Below, in pieces: positions 62,850 through 64,000 of a DNA stretch of 64,000 bases (position 1 is the stretch's first letter; every line of letters begins with the position of its first letter). The position numbers and the translations under genes are program-made. This stretch comes from an uncultured Acidobacteriota bacterium (GTDB lineage Bacteria; Acidobacteriota; Blastocatellia; RBC074). The stretch lies in assembly GCA_963796275.1 (NCBI GenBank), contig CAWCKY010000006.1:224001-288000 (forward strand), given 5' to 3'. The notes beneath the pieces are model-generated. The model was not told where the DNA came from. It saw only the letters and a list, made by a program, of their open reading frames with translations, and searched no databases.

Positions 62850-64000
62850 ATGAACGCACGATTGTTGATCGCAGAAGACAATGCGGATATGCGTGAGTTT
62901 CTGCAGGAGGTCCTTGAGGACGCGGGTTACAACACAGTTTCGGCCATCGATGGGCGTGAGGCTCTCGCCTTCATCGAACGCATCAGCCAGATGATCGATC
63001 TCGTCATAACGGATGTCCAGATGCCCGGCGTGAAGGGCGATGAGCTGTTGACTATCATCCGATCACATCGTCCCGAAACGCCCGTCATTGTCATCACCGC
63101 ATTCGGTTCGGTCGAGCAGGCGGTAGAGATGGTCAAAATGGGCGCCTTCCAGTATCTAACCAAGCCCTTCCCGTCCGCCGATCTTCTGCGGCTGATAGAT
63201 GAAGCGCTCGAGCTCAGCGCTCCGCATCGCGAACAGGCGCGGTTACGACGCGAATCCCCCGTCACTCCGGCGAAGATCATCGGCGCCTCCCTGCCGATGC
63301 GACAGTTATTCGATCTGCTCTCCGTCGCAGCGCGTAATACCAGCACGATTCTGATAACAGGCGAATCGGGCACGGGTAAAGAACTGGTGGGCCGGGCTAT
63401 TCATGAGATGTCGGAGCGCAAGGGCGCATTCGTGCCGGTCAACTGCGCGGCGATTCCGGCCGACCTGATCGAAGCGGAGTTATTCGGGCACACGGGCAGC
63501 GCTTTTACGGGAGCGAAACAGGCGCGGTCAGGGCTCTTTGAAGCGGCTGACGGGGGGACGATCTTTCTAGATGAAATCGGGGAATTGCCGATGTCAATGC
63601 AGCCGAAGATGCTGCGCGCATTGCAGGATGGGGCCGTGCGGCGCGTCGGCGAAAACCACGAGCGCAGGGTTGATGTGCGCGTGATCGCCGCTACGAACCG
63701 CGACCTGGAACAGGACGTCAAAGACGGGCGCTTCCGCGAAGACCTGTATTGGCGGCTCAATGTCATCCTGATCAACGTGCCGCCGCTGCGAGATCGCGCC
63801 TTCGATATCCCACTGCTCGTTGAACATTTCATCGCCAGCTCCTGTCATAGCGCAGGTAAGCCCATCCTCAGGGTTTCGCCGGAAGCGCTCGCATTGTTGA
63901 CTGCCTATCCATGGCCGGGGAATGTTCGTGAATTGGAGAATGCAATCGAACGCGCCGTGGCCTTCGCCCAGGGAGCGACTGTGGTGGCTGAAGATCTGCC
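62850..64000 (+). CDS. NtrC-family sigma54-dependent response regulator (3' partial; absent from the ORF track)
   Basis: [62 protein letters not shown]; open to the window end. Confidence 0.93.
   Translation, partial: MNARLLIAEDNADMREFLQEVLEDAGYNTVSAIDGREALAFIERISQMIDLVITDVQMPGVKGDELLTIIRSHRPETPVIVITAFGSVEQAVEMVKMGAFQYLTKPFPSADLLRLIDEALELSAPHREQARLRRESPVTPAKIIGASLPMRQLFDLLSVAARNTSTILITGESGTGKELVGRAIHEMSERKGAFVPVNCAAIPADLIEAELFGHTGSAFTGAKQARSGLFEAADGGTIFLDEIGELPMSMQPKMLRALQDGAVRRVGENHERRVDVRVIAATNRDLEQDVKDGRFREDLYWRLNVILINVPPLRDRAFDIPLLVEHFIASSCHSAGKPILRVSPEALALLTAYPWPGNVRELENAIERAVAFAQGATVVAEDL

Overview
Bacterial genomic DNA, probably Acidobacteriota (inferred from two ADOP permeases with an acidobacterial-type PadR remnant, FG-GAP repeat proteins and REP-like palindromes). 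Bases 1-11.9 kb are the right-hand part of an NRPS cluster: a C domain, a DUF3326 gene, an A-T-E protein, an MFS exporter, an MbtH fusion, a small hypothetical protein, a MacA/MacB-like pair and a type II thioesterase. The strongest signal is in this cluster. One adenylation domain is split between core motifs A1 and A2 by an intact, translationally coupled DUF3326 gene, and the same module has an unusual specificity code, an E domain with altered catalytic residues, and no docking tail. The rest of the window is accessory DNA: a stress/repair block (SSADH, site-2 protease, LigD PE-POL divergent from a stand-alone ligase, PEBP, epimerase-VKOR-SPW, amine oxidase), ADOP permeases, a membrane-anchored sigma54 activator flanked by two sigma54 promoters, a Cys-rich secreted miniprotein, an arylsulfatase, a methyltransferase, an orphan ResB, an M48 protease, a decayed gpgS/gpgP locus, four REP-type repeat loci and several two-component systems. 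Several single-base frameshifts could be pseudogenes or sequencing errors. No rRNA, tRNA, CRISPR array or intact transposase was recognised. All family calls come from recognising motifs by eye; no searches were run.
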